The notes under the pieces: model-generated | What the model was told of the DNA's origin: nothing | The model's input: the letters and a program-made list of their open reading frames with translations, nothing else | The model's database searches: none | Part shown: piece after piece, positions 23,301 to 37,800 of the stretch | How the letters are laid out: each line of letters opens with the position of its first letter | Numbering within the stretch: the first letter of the stretch is position 1 | From: Tubulanus polymorphus | Taxonomy: Eukaryota; Animalia; Nemertea | Direction of reading: 5' to 3' | DNA: 64,000 nt | Assembly (NCBI RefSeq): GCF_964204645.1 | Contig: NC_134031.1 | Span: forward strand, 2,604,001-2,668,000 | Made by a program: the position numbers and the translations under genes

Positions 23301-26300
23301 AGGGTCCACATTTATAGATACATTTTAACTTGAACCTTTGGAGTTAATTGAACTATCGCCAGTGTATCATAAATGATCACGCAATGGATGATATCTAATT
23401 GATGAGACCTTATTTTTTTCTTGTATTATAATTCATTATTACTGTTATTATTGTCATGAATACTGTTACTATAATTTTTACTATGATTTTTATGATTATT
23501 ATTATTCATGAAGTAATTCTTATCATTAATTATTACTATTAAAATTATTATTATTATTATTATTATTATTACTACTATATCTCTTTTGTACACAATTGCA
23601 CCAATAATGCACTATGCACAGGGTTTCATTGCCTTAATTTTTAAGTACAGCCTTTCGGCTGGCACTGTATCCCTCGAAACCTACATCATGCATTTATGAG
23701 AAAAAGAAAGATACAATTATATTGTATGTGCAGTTTACGAAAAATAAACATCTATCTAATATCTATCTATCACCAGTCACAATGAGTCGTACGTGTTCTG
23801 CATTCTTTGAAGCGACCGTCTCTCCCATTTACAATGAGAGACTAGTTACACACCGCCACCGACAATCTTGCCAACCTTGACGTTTATTATCTCGACAATT
23901 TCGAGATTTAATGTATCTAAACCCCATCTTCAGAGAAACAGTAATAAGGTTATTATACACTGATAAATCATCAGTTTATCCATCAAAGGGTTTGAAATGT
24001 TTGTAAAAATGTTCGTATTTTACTGTGAAGTATAAATGATGGCAATTTCAAGATTTAATGTATCTAAATCCCATCTTCAGAGAAACAGTAATAAGGTTAT
24101 TATACACTGATAAATCATCAGTTTATCCATCAAAGGGTTTGAAATGTTTCTAAAAATGTTCGTATTTTTACCGCGAAGTATAAATGATGGCATGGGTTAG
24201 AAGAGTTTATTGCTTGTTATCCTTAAATTTGACGCTTAAATATCGCACTTCATTGAAATCGGTCTCTCTGGGGCCAGTTGCTCAAAAGTTAGTTACAGTT
24301 AACGAATAGATAGTTGACATAGTGACAATCGAAAGTTCATTGTTACTATGGCATTTATCCGCTGGTTATCCTTTACCAACTTCTGAGCAACTGGTCCGAT
24401 GTCTTAAACCTCTACTCTGTTGAGTAATTATGTAATGCGTTTATTGTTTCAGTGATGAATGTTTATTACGTCAGTGTCAATATATGTTTGTCGTCGATTC
24501 TGAAGCGCAGTTCACCAATCCTAAAACGCTTCAACTTCTCATAGAACAGAACAGGTGATTAACAATCAAATAATGTAAAATCCTACAATTACCGCAGAAA
24601 GAAGATCGAGTCCACAATGTTCCCTTGAGATCTTGTTTAATTCGATGTTTCACCTACACCTCATAGTCATCTTTCTATATTTCTCAAGTACAGGAATTTA
24701 GTTCCAGTATTTCCTGAAAATGACTGTTAGATACACCGCACTGTGGTGTAGTTGCACTATAGCCGTATGCTTGTTATTCAACACACTGGGGTGAAATTTT
24801 TTTTTAACTATCAAATTATCCCCAGGGTTGAAAATAAGCTCGAGGGAACATTTTGGACTTGTTTTTCCTCCTAACTGTAGGATTTGATATAAACGATGCG
24901 AGTATTTCATCATGGATCTCTGCTAGCTCCAGCGTTCTAGAGCCTCTTATATTAACGTCGCAAATCTTTGAGTATTTTTCAAAGCTTCAATGTTGAAAAT
25001 CTGTCGGTGTTTTTTCTTGCAGATCGATAATCGCCCCGTTGCTGGTCCGTCCCGGGCGAATGTGGTCGAATTTCTGGGGAGCCATCACGAAGGTGGAATT
25101 TTATCAACGATCCGAGGATTATTCGGACATCGTCAGTGGAAACAGAGTGTAAGAATCTTTACTTGTCGTATTATCGTTGATGAAATTTCAGAGAGATCCA
25201 GATTTATTTTTCCCTGCAGGGGTGAATCAAGGAATTCTGGCTCTCTTCTTGCAAATCATGGGAAAAGTGAGGAAATTTGGATTTTTGGTGTCTTCTTGTT
25301 CTTGCTGGTGATGAGTGGCACAAAAAAACCTTGAAACCTTGAAGAATCCTCTCTGAGGATATCTTGAAACTTCATCAGGGAATTCTAGACATCATGTGGT
25401 CGCATTGGTCTCATGCATTAAAACGTTGACAATGAATTTTAATTTGTAGAGGGGTGTGGAATGTACCTCATATCGGTGTAACGTATCTCATCCAAGCTCA
25501 CAAACTCGCTCAAATGAAAGGCATTTACTCAAAAGATCGCAGGGACGCTGACTTAGCATTCGCTTCAAATCTACGCAAAAGGGTAAGATTTATCAAGAAC
25601 ATAAGATTTATCTTGTCCATGAAATTGGATTCTCATGGAAATTTCCCCCCCATCCTTATTTATTGAAGATGTAGATGTCAAAATGATATGTTTTATTTGA
25701 ATATTTCAATTTTGTAACTGAATGCTACATTTTAATGTACTGCAGTGAAAGTTTGTATGGTATAGAAGTTATCGAAATAGTAAACAAACAAAAAAACATC
25801 AACTTTGTGAAACTGGAAATTTCATAATTTTGTTTGTTATAGGGAATGTTCATGTATTTGATGAATATGAATTCATACGGACACCTGATCAACAATGAGA
25901 ACTACGACCTATCACCAAAACATCCTGATTTATATCAAATATTTGATAATAGACCGGTGAGTAGCTTGCGTAGTTTGCTGACTGAGTTCCTCGCGTACCC
26001 AGGGTTCAGATATGTATGGTAATTTGATGTGAAAAAATTCAAATAATCACAGAAAAATTATGTGAAGGAGAATGATTAGAAATGTGTGTAGTTATAATAG
26101 TTATGCCTACATTCGATATATATTTTTGTAGGAATGGGAAATGAAATATATACACAGCGAACATCTTAACAGTTTGAAAGATGATTATGTACCAAAACAG
26201 GTAAATGTAGATTGATTCTATACAGTTCTTTAGCAAGACATGGTTCTTCTTCATAGGCCTAGTGGTATTAAGGCAGGTTTCGATTGATAAAAATTCTTAA

Positions 26301-28416
26301 TTTCAGCCGTGTCCCGATGTTTACTGGTTTCCCGTCGTTACTGCGAAATATTGCTGGGACCTGATCGACGAGATGGAGAATTTTGGAAAATGGTCGGGCG
26401 GCAAAAATGAGGTAAAACGTTAAATCAATGAAATGCTGATGCGAAAGTGATCAGATTTCTGATTCGACGGGTTTTGTTATTTTGTTTACAGGATACTAGA
26501 TTAGCGACTGGTTATGAAAACGTACCCACAGTTGATATACACATGAATCAGATCAGTTACGACAGACACTGGCTGGAATTTCTGCGTCTCTACATTCAAC
26601 CACTTCAACAGAAAGTCTACACGGGGTATTTCCACGACGTAAGTCAACACTTGAACCTCGTCTGACTGGAATTCAGGCGATTTGACGAGGGTTTCGTATG
26701 AATGATTACTGACTTCAGGTCTTGCTTCGCCTGCTGCATTCAAACAACCTCATTTAGAACATTCCAAATTTAGTCCGTTATGTTTTAGAACGGACCAAGC
26801 ATTGACTACTAAAGTCTGTTCTAAAGTGGTTCCATTAGAGAAAATAGACCATCTAAAACCGACCTATCTAGTTCCGTTCTAAATTTTGGAAGCATGGTTC
26901 CCACAGGACAGGGAAATTGGGAAAAACTTGGGAATTTTGAAATATTAATTCCCAGTTTGGAAATATTTGGGAATTTGAAAAATTTTTTCAAATCAGGGAA
27001 ATATTTGGGAAATTCATTACATTTCACGTATTGCATTTGCCAAGGGCAACTTTCTCAGCGATTTCCCTTGAAAAACACCTTTATCAACCATTTACCACTA
27101 AAATGTCGACTTGATGGTATCTGTTCATTTCCATTTGGGAAAATTGAAAAATCACCAATGAAATATTTGGGAAAAACTTGGGAATTTTTAATTCATGTAA
27201 CTGTGGGAACTATGTGGAAGGGATCTGTATGTATTACTAGAAACATAGCATTCATTGCCTGTTAATCGCAGTGTCGTGTCTAGCTAGACGAGTAATAACA
27301 GCTGATTTAGAAACGTGTATGAACCTGATTATCTCGTCGTTGCTCGTCTATAGCTGCTGTTTATGTATCGTGTATTTTTTTTAGCCACCTCAAGCTGTGA
27401 TGAACTTCGTCGTAAGATACAAACCCACGGAACAACCGCTCCTCAGACCTCACCACGATTCTTCTACTTACACGTTAAATATGGCTCTGAATAGAGCAAA
27501 CGTTGACTACGAGGTAAGCCTCAAATCTACCCTCAAAATATATATTTATATATGGTTTCCCAGGTTCTTCTCTGGGCCCAGTTTCACGAAAAAGTTTAAG
27601 TCTAAAACAGTTAAGTTTGAATTGTTGTCCTCATTGAAAACATGAAGTAACCAATGGCAATTACACCAAAAATTAAAAGTTAAACTTCTTTGTGAAACTG
27701 GGCCCTGGTCTCTCTCTGTTTGATTGAGAAAAGAAACAAAACCGAAGGATTGTGGGGATAGAGAAGCATACAATAACTAGTACATGTACTTAGAATTGGG
27801 GACACTTGGCACATCTGCAACAATAGCAGGGATTGATGCCTGATATGCCTGAGTGCGCAGGTACTTGCACAATTTGCCTGCTATGATGTCATCATTAGCC
27901 GATCAGAATCGCTATGATGTCATTAGCCAATCGGAATCACGGTATGCTATTTATAGCTATCCATGAATTTACTTCAGTAATTACACGACTGGCTATCTGA
28001 TTGGTGCCGTATGTTTTCTTGTGGCTAAGCTGTGCATGTGACCGCATCTGGCAGAGTCTCGTGAAGTCTCCCTGCCAGGGGAGGATGAAATTAGCACTGC
28101 ACTAGAGAAAATTCAGTACGCAACTTGGAAAATTACTTAATCTTTTTGTTCTAAAATTATGCAATTTCAGAAATGACTCGTTTCATTTCACTTTAAAGAA
28201 CATATGACTTGCATGATTTCCGAGTTTGATTCGAAGATGTTTTGATTGTGTAATTTTCAGGGCGGCGGTGCTCGGTTTATTCGATACGATTGCGCTGTGA
28301 GGAATACACGTCAGGGATGGGGGTTACTTCATCCCGGTCGATTGACTCATTACCACGAGGGACTAAGAACGACCAACGGCACGCGTTATATCATGGTCTC
28401 CTTCATCGATCCGTAA
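17365..28416 (+). CDS. PLOD: Procollagen-lysine,2-oxoglutarate 5-dioxygenase (multifunctional LH3-type lysyl hydroxylase/glycosyltransferase), 20 exons, 734 aa
   Basis: Exons 17365-17467, 18182-18270, 18364-18497, 18854-18968, 19496-19547, 20096-20208, 20865-20928, 21019-21116, 21642-21743, 21985-22116, 22702-22823, 24453-24554, 25023-25148, 25450-25582, 25843-25956, 26132-26200, 26307-26411, 26492-26638, 27385-27513, 28261-28416 (2205 nt, in frame). Features: signal-peptide-like N-terminus; GT motifs [36 protein letters not shown]; dioxygenase motifs [31 protein letters not shown]. Confidence 0.96.
18537..18728. mobile_element. MITE (TCAACCCCCGATATA TIR) in PLOD intron 3
   Basis: tcaacccccgatatac / gtatatcgggggtttga. 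Internal pieces recur at about 40652-40675 and, reverse-complemented, at about 49845-49885. Confidence 0.7.
22833..23252. mobile_element. Non-autonomous TIR element with internal CTCCTTGAA repeats and 5-bp TSD GTATG
   Basis: gtatg|cagggtccctacaac ... ttgtaggaaccttg|gtatg, inserted 9 bp after a PLOD splice donor. Confidence 0.75.
23896..24192. repeat. Recent tandem duplication of about 148 bp in PLOD intron 11
   Basis: Two near-identical copies of caatttc.agatttaatgtatctaaa.cccatcttcagagaaacag...gtataaatgatggc. Confidence 0.92.
24270..24397. mobile_element. MITE of about 125 bp (GGCCAGTTGCTCAAAA TIR family), copy 1
   Basis: TIRs ggccagttgctcaaaagtt / aacttctgagcaactggtcc. Homologous copies at 28495-28617 and 41557-41686. 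Confidence 0.8.
26893..27214. mobile_element. Non-autonomous TIR element with 6-bp TSD TGGAAG
   Basis: tggaag|catggttcccacag ... ctgtgggaactatg|tggaag, with internal TTGGGAA repeats. Confidence 0.78.
27574..27705. mobile_element. MITE with GGGCCCAGTTTCAC TIRs
   Basis: gggcccagtttcacgaaaaagttta / taaacttctttgtgaaactgggccc. Similar GGGG..CCCC-ended short elements occur at 10493-10586 and 30465-30559. Confidence 0.8.
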
Positions 28417-28494
28417 ACGAACAAGATTCGAGATCATTGATAATTTGCATTTGAACACGATACAGTCAAACCTGATTAAATCCCCTTAATTAGC

Positions 28495-28617
28495 GGCCGG
28501 TTGCTCTTGAAGTAACTGGTGGACGAATATCATAGTTCCTACGCAATTTCGATTGTTACTGTACTATGGCATTATCCACCAGTTAACTCTTAACCATTTC
28601 TTTTGAGCAACTGACCC
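28495..28617. mobile_element. MITE of about 125 bp, copy 2, in the PLOD 3' UTR
   Basis: ggccggttgctc ... gagcaactgaccc. Shares internal attgttact..atggcatt.atcc with copy 1. Confidence 0.72.
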
Positions 28618-30813
28618 AGAATTTCTTTTGGCCATAAACCTATTTATGTATTTTGAATGCCACATAGGATTTCTCGTGAGATTGATCGTATTATGTTCCC
28701 GATTAAGTCGATATCTTTACGACGAACAACAGGTGGGTCACTCTCGAAGCTGTAAGTTCAATGATTGTTTCAATGTAACCGTGTTAGAGCAATGTAGAAA
28801 AATGGCAAATATCAAATTACGCAATAAGCCCAACAAAGCAATCCATGTTGACAGATGTTTTATAACAGTCAGTAGTTCTGGAGTGTTCAATTCTATATTA
28901 TGTAGTGCATGGTAGTAAAATGAATCTAGACATTGCGTTTGTTTCAGTCATAATAACTCAAAACTCTTTCACAGTTTACGACTGTATTTTATACTTATTT
29001 AGATTAGCTTCGACATATCATTATTGTCTTTTATTATACATTATTGTGTTATTTTCTCGAATATGATAATATCATCTTGTCGAAGTATTAAACACAATTT
29101 TTGTAGGGACGACGTTCTTGTACTGTAGACTCTCGGGTAGACGCAAACACACATAGAACTACTGATGACCCTGATATGTTGGTATATGATGAAGTTTGTT
29201 CGCCCTTGATGAAAACCAGTCTCAGTAAAGTTTGTCTCAATGTTTTTTATGTATATATTGGTGCTGCCTTTTTATTACCGTAATGAGATTAGTCACAGAT
29301 CAAAGAAAAAACAATTATCAAGTCATCGATAGATTTTGTAATGCTAGAATCGATGTATTTTAATCTTTGTATAAAAATGAATGATTTTCAATCAGGTATT
29401 CATAATAGCCGACCGGATGATGATTTAGTTTATTTCGTCGTAATTTATCCGAAATTATCGATCAGCTCCGGGAACCAGTTCGACAGATGTGATTTAAAAA
29501 ATCGAAATTACTTTGTTTTGACTTATCGGGTATTTCCGTAACAAAACAAATTGTATCAACAAACGAAAATCAAACCCACGGAATCAAAAGTCAAATTAAA
29601 CCCTCACTACTGTAGAACTGGGTCCAGAGTCAGTTATGGTTAAGTGGGTATAACTGGCTACAGTATTTCATGTAGAAGATTATTCATGTACTTAAATTAA
29701 ATACCAGTAGCCTGTGTGTACTGTGTATATTCAACCTGTTTATGATATGAAGCATTTATCTGTTTACACAGTATAGTATTTTATGTACTCGTAAATATTT
29801 TATAACAATTGCATGATTTATATTATTATAAAAGTTAATATTGGCAAAATGAATAACAAAAACATATTCGTCTAAAACATCAGTATTTATTTATGTTGGT
29901 ACGATTGAGGTCTCTTGGTATTCATTCAAGTAATGATCGAAGGTGCTTTTATTCACCTTATTCATGCTTGATCGAACATTGAACTTGAATGAAAGTATGT
30001 CATATTTCTCGCTCGCACAACTTGTCTGTAAACAGAAAACGTACAGGTCACTGGACATGTATTACATTCTCTGATTATTGGATTTGTTTGCTATAGTCAA
30101 TGTGGAAAATGTTTTTATTCGATGACTGAAAGATTTCAGACTGTAATCTTCGCGTACCTTATACCATGCAGGCCTAATTCATTTATTCACGTGGCACAAG
30201 TGCTAATTTAAACAGGATACAGAAACTGCCATCTGTGTACATCATAGAAACCAAGATAAGACTGTTAATTGAAGGGAATGGTGTACATGGTAAAAATTAA
30301 TCTGATCCAATTAATTTCTTTCACTTAGCGAGCTACACTGTGTCATGCAGTCCTGTCACATTTCCGAGCGAGTATAAGATGTAAGTGATTATTAGCCAGC
30401 AGCTCACATTTCCGTCTCGAGCAGACTACCGATAATAGATACCATCCAGGATCGATTAACACCTGGGGGCCATTTCAAGGAACAAATTGACATTTCATTG
30501 AAGCTACATTAAGATTGTTATCATTACTAAAATTTTAATTATTTTTGTGAAATAGCCCCTGATCTGACGATGACTCAACTGTTACCAGTGTTTAATGAGT
30601 AGTAATAAACCGATGTACGTGATCAGATTGTGGATATCCTTTAATACCCTGAAATCATCATTAAATTCATCAGTACCAAATCCTCGGGAGTCTAATTCAT
30701 AGATAAGACAAGATTCCCAGAGGAGAATCCTATATATCGTATCAATAATTCACATTGTTGATTCATGTTATGAATTTTTGATCGACCCACATAAAGAATG
30801 CATCATTGCATTT

Positions 30814-30975
30814 GGGATCATTCATTTATTACGTACGCATTAGCAGAGGGGGGAGGGGTAAGTGCAATTGCGTACTGTAATGCTTAATGTATATGAAAAG
30901 ATGGCCGATTTTGCGTACAGGGGGAGGGGGTTGAAAAAGTCAAATTTCATGCGTACGTAATGAATGAATGATCCC
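30814..30975. mobile_element. Tourist/PIF-Harbinger-like MITE
   Basis: 26-bp TIRs gggatcattcatttattacgtacgca / tgcgtacgtaatgaatgaatgatccc, flanked by ttt/ttt, with internal G-runs. A degenerate relative lies at about 13137-13247. Confidence 0.75.
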
Positions 30976-32391
30976 TTTCTTAATAGTCGAGAGTATCTAG
31001 AACTGAAGTCGAATACATCTGTTCATTTGTTAGCTTTATTTACATATCAACAGACCAATAGATGATATTTATATAACACACTAGTTTCTCAATGGTTTTA
31101 CAAAATATCACAACTCTAAAAACTGTTAATTCATCTATTTACATATCGTACCGCATAAAAATATGCCCGGGTTTTCTTTTATTTCTTCAATGTTAGTAAA
31201 ACGACTGACCTCCGCGTCCATTTTGAAAATGTAGCTTTTCTGGTTTAAGTCGAACACTGGTTTTTGCATGTAGGGTTACCGTAGGCCTAGTAATATACCG
31301 GTATTGAGCATGAATTTTCAATATTGATCTTAGGGTATAAAAGGGATTTTCAGAAAGGACCTGCTTCGGTAACTCGGCACATTTCTGGTTGAGTGAAGCC
31401 CCACCACACCGGTTTTGATAAACAAGCCATTTCCACAATTAATGCCCATTAATTCAATGAGTGAGATAACATCAACAAAATATGAACTACCAACACGGAG
31501 GAGAGGGAGGGAAATCTACTAGACTGACGATCAATTTAAGATATCTCACAAATAGCAAAAGGAACCAATTAGGGATGGTTTTTGGTGATACAAGCATATA
31601 CAGTCAACACTGCCTTATACTCTTTATTCAATGTTTACTGAATCTAACAATTACCAAAATATCTCTTAACAGGCCAATCAGTACTTTCATTGTCCTCTAT
31701 TAGTTGACTGGGGTTTTATACGCAAGGTTTACGGTTTTACTTTCAACTGTACGATACACAAAATTACACAATTATTACACAATTTCGAAAAAATACTCTT
31801 CCAAACGAATCAACGATTAACGATAGCAAAAATTACGCATCAGATTTTCGCAGGCGTATGGTTGGGACCGGGTGTCAAATCTCAATTCTATAAATAGCAC
31901 ATTATGTTTAACAATGTCGTATCATATTTCACAGACTCTTAATACACAATCACACAGTCATTATTCTACTGATCTTGTGACCCTTTTCAACATATACCGG
32001 TAGACCATACAATATGTAAGTGGTGCGAAACACGGTCTCAGTGACTGATTGGACCCAGTTCCTGCATATTACCGATTTCTCTAAAATTCTAAGTAACTGA
32101 AACTGAACTAATTTTGACTCTAACTTGCAGCAAAACTGGTCTCCTGAAATACAATATCCATAATCTACAAGCGAATTTCGAATCTAACATCTGATGATTT
32201 TGCCGATTTCAACTCGACTCCCTAAAAGCGATGAAATAAATAATCAAACTATGTCCGATAGTAATAATGCAAAAACCTTTTTAACTTGTACTAATTGATA
32301 ATATTAATGATAGTAACATTATAATATATATACTGTATACATAATATATATATATATATCACTAACCTTAGAATAGTCGACTAAGTCATGT

Positions 32392-32645
32392 CAGGGTTCA
32401 TAGTGTCCATGGCCAATATCATTTAATGACTTGCAAGGACTTCCAGGACTCATAACAGCTTAAGCCAGTTATCCTGCAATTCCCAGACCATGATCAGTAT
32501 AAATATCAAGAGCTGCAGATGATCACCAATTCAAGAACCATGACCATGATTTAAGGATTTTAGAGCCCGTTCGACGATATTCGAGGCCTTGAAAAGACCA
32601 ATTTCGAAAACTTTTAAGGACATTCAATGACTGCTACGAACCCTG
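32392..32645. mobile_element. Degenerate CAGGGTTC...GAACCCTG TIR element in the CTDNEP1 3' region
   Basis: Terminal inverted repeats cagggttcatag / ctacgaaccctg. No clear TSD. Confidence 0.55.
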
Positions 32646-34848
32646 CCATCGGTTGTCATCGGTTGAAAGGCAGAGCTACAGATCGTAAAATGAGAAATAC
32701 ACTCCAACAACTTAAAACGTTGTACACCATTATTTTCTAACAGTTCTATATAAGCTATACGGTATTATTAAAACATTATTCTGATATCATACCAGTGCTA
32801 AACGGAAAATTTCAGAAAATCAAACCAACACCAAATACTGAATGGATAAATAAAGGCCTGAATGGTATCATCATTCATTTCGGTTTTTTTTTCGAAGGCT
32901 GCTCATGATTAAGTAGGTTCTGGTATTCGCCTAAACGACGGGCGTACAGGTTTGATAAGGCTTTCTATTCTTAAGACAAAAATCAGACCCGACCAGCAGC
33001 ACTTAACATTTATAGCACAATTCACTGCAATTGAGAGTAATTTGGTATCAAAATAGTAGTTTAAAATGAACGAGAAATTCTTCTGATTTTTATAGTATTT
33101 TTGTTAATTTTTAGTAGTAATTGTTGTCTTAGTGTAGTAACTAATGTCAAATCCTAGTGGTAGTCAGGTCTGCAATATAATAATTGTAATAAGGCTGCTC
33201 AGAAACATGGTCTGGTCGATCGTCACAAAATTGTTAAAATAGAAACTCAATTAAAAGTAATCAGTATCACTTATTTCAAGATTAGATACACGTGAAGAAT
33301 ATTCCGTTTTAGATATTCGATTACATTCTCGATATTCAATTATCAAAAAAAGTTTTAACAAAATTGAGCAAAGAAAGTATTGAAAAGGTGGGTTTTTAGT
33401 CACATTTCAGCGAAAAAACAAATGAATTTCAACGCTTACGAACAGCGGCAATACAAACTCGGTCGAAGATTTTACACCTAAATACACAATATAAACCTTA
33501 CAAATTAATTCTTGAAAACTTTACAAACACAATAGCCGCATTCAGACTATCACTAGTAAGTCCATTCTTATTTGGTGCGGACAAATCTAGAATGGACCAA
33601 ATCAATGCTGTGCCTTCACAGAGGTTTTTAAATCCACTGTTACCACCAGTGCAGCTAGACTGTGATTGGCAGGTAATCAAAACAATGTTTCTACTCACAC
33701 ACAGAGAAATGGTACGTTCTAAATTTAGAAGAGACTAATTCAAAATGTTCTACATAACTTAGTAATACGAAATACACCTGCAGCGATTATTGTACCATCA
33801 CTTGCAGTTGGAAGTCAAAATCTTTGTAGATTTCTAAGTCAACCTTACACACGTAGCTATCTAATTCAGTTAATGCCATCACCTTTCCACATACGTAAAT
33901 TATTTCTTTTTCGTCCAAAATGAAACTCTTGAATATCTTTTTTGTAACGACCCAATTTTATTAGAACTACGTAACAACACAGCAGCGGGGGGCCAGACTT
34001 TATACATATACCGGTAGTCTACATCGCGTAACACATCAAAATGCGAACGAACATGTTTTGACAATACGGTAGATAGGTCGGTCAATGCATAAAACTTGGA
34101 TAGGAAAATAAATGTAACTCTTTTATATCTATGTACATGAACAGAAACAGATGGTTATAAGTCGTAAAACATAATCGACGCGTTGTAAGACTCTGGATAG
34201 AGAGGAAATCGTTCATTTTAGCCGTAATAACGTAACCCAATTCAATCATTGAGTAACAGAGTGCTGAAATCTGCTAAGGGGTTTAAGTTTATGAAGTACA
34301 CACGCATCTATCGTGGTAGTTATGAAACTTAATGGCAGTCGGGTTACTGAATACCATAGGGTCCCCTAGGCATGGCTCTGTGTGTTGACAAAATGCTTAA
34401 AATTTCGCACCGGTATACGGAGGGGGTTTGAAATTAAATTATTGAAAATGTGCACGTTTGTACGCACTTCATGAAACAAACCCTTATCTGCCACAGTTTT
34501 GGATTGGGACGTTAAAACTACATAACTGAAATAGCTATACGCGCTTGATGAACACAAATGAACACAACCGACAATTCGGACCCTGTTTCTCTCTCATTCT
34601 ACAGTAGTCATTACTAACACAAAACATTCAACAACGGTGAAAATAAAACAATCACTTCGAAGCCTGACCCCGCTCTGTTCTAACTGTACAAATAACTACA
34701 AAGGTTTTATCAGTTCTTTTTCCCTTCTTTCTCTTCGTTATGAGGATATATACAAATGATTTTCTGCCGCGCGTCGGGGGGGAGTAGGGAGGGAGGACTG
34801 TTAGTAGGTAAACTATCGAGTATCGAGCGACGACGACGTCTGCTGCTG

Positions 34849-37800
34849 CTACCAGAGTTTGTGTAAATGTAGATTACGACTGAGAACTGAACGCACGTCG
34901 TGAACGAAACGTAACGCGTCGAGCATCGGCAGCAGATTTAACAGAGCCGTGTCGCGCGCGTCCGAAAACCACGACTTTATCGGTATCGCATTATCTGAAA
35001 AATACAACAAATATAAATGAAATACAAAATGTTCGCGCGTCCCTACAGATCTGCCATTCCTGGATATAAGGAGTTTTCAAGGAGTTTTAAAGGAGAAAAT
35101 TTCGAGGAAGCGTCTTTCATATCCCAATTACAGGCATTTTACTCAAATTCAAGGAGTTTCAATACCTTTAAAAGCATTTTCTATTTTGAAGGATTTTTGA
35201 GGAATGAAGGAGTTGTAGGGACTCACGACCCTGTGTTATTACACAGTTAATGCAGATTATGGTGACAATGTCAGCATAGAGATATCAAATTCAAGGAATG
35301 GATCCAGAGGAGAATTTCGACCATGGTACCAATAGAAAAGGGCAGTGTTACAGCAAAAAATTGCATTCCTCCATTCCTCTGAACTGACACAGTCTTATAG
35401 CAGCTAGGTGTATTAAAGTAAGAGAATTAAAAACCCCGACTGTACTAACCTGGATAAGCCCTATACGCTCCTGGTGAATTGTCTAAAATCATAATGCTTG
35501 ATAGATCTGTACTTATAGCTGATAAATTCTTTGTATAACTGCTTTCCAGGCTACAATGCTGCAAAGAGATTGCAAGAACAATTTTAACAAGTTTTCTGAT
35601 AAATAAAGCCCCTAAATCAAACAACATATACGCATACACCTGATGTTAAAGAATGCATCTGAAATTCAGTGCTCAATGTTAAGCTAAGATAATTTCACTG
35701 AGGTTTTATAAAAATCCCTCACACCTATAGATCCTGGTTAGGTCTAGGGTTTTTGTGTACCCGTAAGTTTATAGCATGGGAACACTTAATCATCCTATTC
35801 TTCTGAGTTGAACTATTTTCACACTCACCTGCCTATAGTAACGTCTGTTAAGTATTTTTCTACCGTTGTCAAGTTTATCAGCGACTGCGGCGCCGTAAAT
35901 TTCCATACTAGCCGTGAAAACTACTAAATCATACCATTGACTAACCTGAAAATAAACATCATAATCCCAGATTGATAGTTAGGAATTATAAGCCGCTATC
36001 TCACAAGGGTTTTGTCCCGTGCATGATTAGGCCCACGGCAACTGTTCACACCGGTGCCAATCAGGTGGGTGTCTTTTTGACACGGGCGGGGTCAAATCAT
36101 TCTCTGCGAATGCTCACTGGTTCTGGAAGTGACTCAACTCACTTGCCACAGCATCGTTTTGATAACATTTTAGTAGTGATTTACGTGTGAACTCTCATTA
36201 AGCATGGGCCAAATATGATTCAGGTCTGATACGGGCCGAATTATCTGCATACGATCGTGGTTATAATATGAACTGCCGGTAATTTTTCAAATCTGATTGG
36301 TCCCATATCTGCGTAAAATTCAACACAAAACAGTGGGACCGGGGCCAGCGCTTTATCTTTGAATATCTCAATAGAGACGTATTATTAAACGGAGACATTT
36401 AATTAAAAGACATGGTAAATCTCTTATGACAGTAGTTTGTCAGAACAGGGATGTTTAAGAGATTCTCAACGGTTAAATACAGATATTCTGATACTCTGAA
36501 TTCACAGAAACCTGAGGGATGCAAATATAGGAGAGTTAACTTACGACGTCTAAGAAAAAGTCTACGTGCGGTCTTTTATGAACGAAGAACCGAACTGGAT
36601 GACGATCAATAATAACCTGAAATCAGCAGAGAAAATTCTAATAATTGACGCCGTGATTAAATACACATGAAAACAGGACCCAGTTCTACAGTTTGACATG
36701 TCTATAATGAAATAATTTCATTTTCAATGAGGTCACGTAAGTCATGTCTTAATCCTTTGGCTTTCTCGCCTGAGCATTGGTAAGTTTTTCTTATATGACT
36801 GGTTGTGTTTCATCTCCCCTTTTTTCCTTGAACCACCAATATTTTTTTTGCGAGCAATCTTCAACCGAAATACCAACCACCTATCATTACCCAGGCAGTA
36901 TATGACAGAGAGTTTAGCACCTCGGGGTGAGTTTACTGGAAGATGTGATACAGTATGAACTACTCTAAATAGCCTGGAAATCATGGTTTTCAATACAGTA
37001 GGAGCAACAGGCCGGGGTTAACTTACAACCGCAGAACCGGGTCCTTGTCTGCAAAAAATGTGTCTGCTAAACTGAAGCAGAATTCACTTAAAAATTGAAA
37101 ACATTAATAAATCGTCAAATCAGTCATTTGTAAATGGTGTGTCTTACTTTGAGAACGAAGTCGGGAGGCGTCCCGGGTCGGATAGTCGGTCGTATAACTC
37201 CGTCATGGTGAGAATGGATTAAAGTTTCGTCGAGGTCTAAAACTAGTATTTTACGATGCACTAAATCTGTAATAATAGTGAAACGAATGAAATCTTATTT
37301 CCATTCGTAAGACCAACAAGTGGTGATATTCATTAAATCTCACAAAGCCTACTCCATTAGAGCAAGTGTTTAGTTAGTTTAGTTAAACTACTAGACTTAG
37401 CAAGTTTTCACGACTTGGCTCGAGCTTTGCAGCAGTTACCTCTCTACGATCAGATTCTAAAGGCCCAGTTACTTACTTAATCTATGTCTTGATAACGGAG
37501 ATAAAGGAATTATTTCATAGCGAACTGTTTGATGTTGAACAATCTGCAAATAGAAAGCACATTTTAAAATCAAAGTCCAGATAAGAAAGGGAACAGAAGC
37601 AGAAAAAATGAAAAAATCTTGTTTCGGACTCATTACTTTAAACCTATGAATTTTATGTTGAAATCATAATATCAGTTAATTTGAGCATTTCAGCGAATTC
37701 CAAGATGGCAGGTTCTAATGAAATGCGTGAAATCGAACAAGCCTACATGCAATCACTGTAATGATTCACATTTTTTCTAACTCCCAAGTGTCACAGCATG

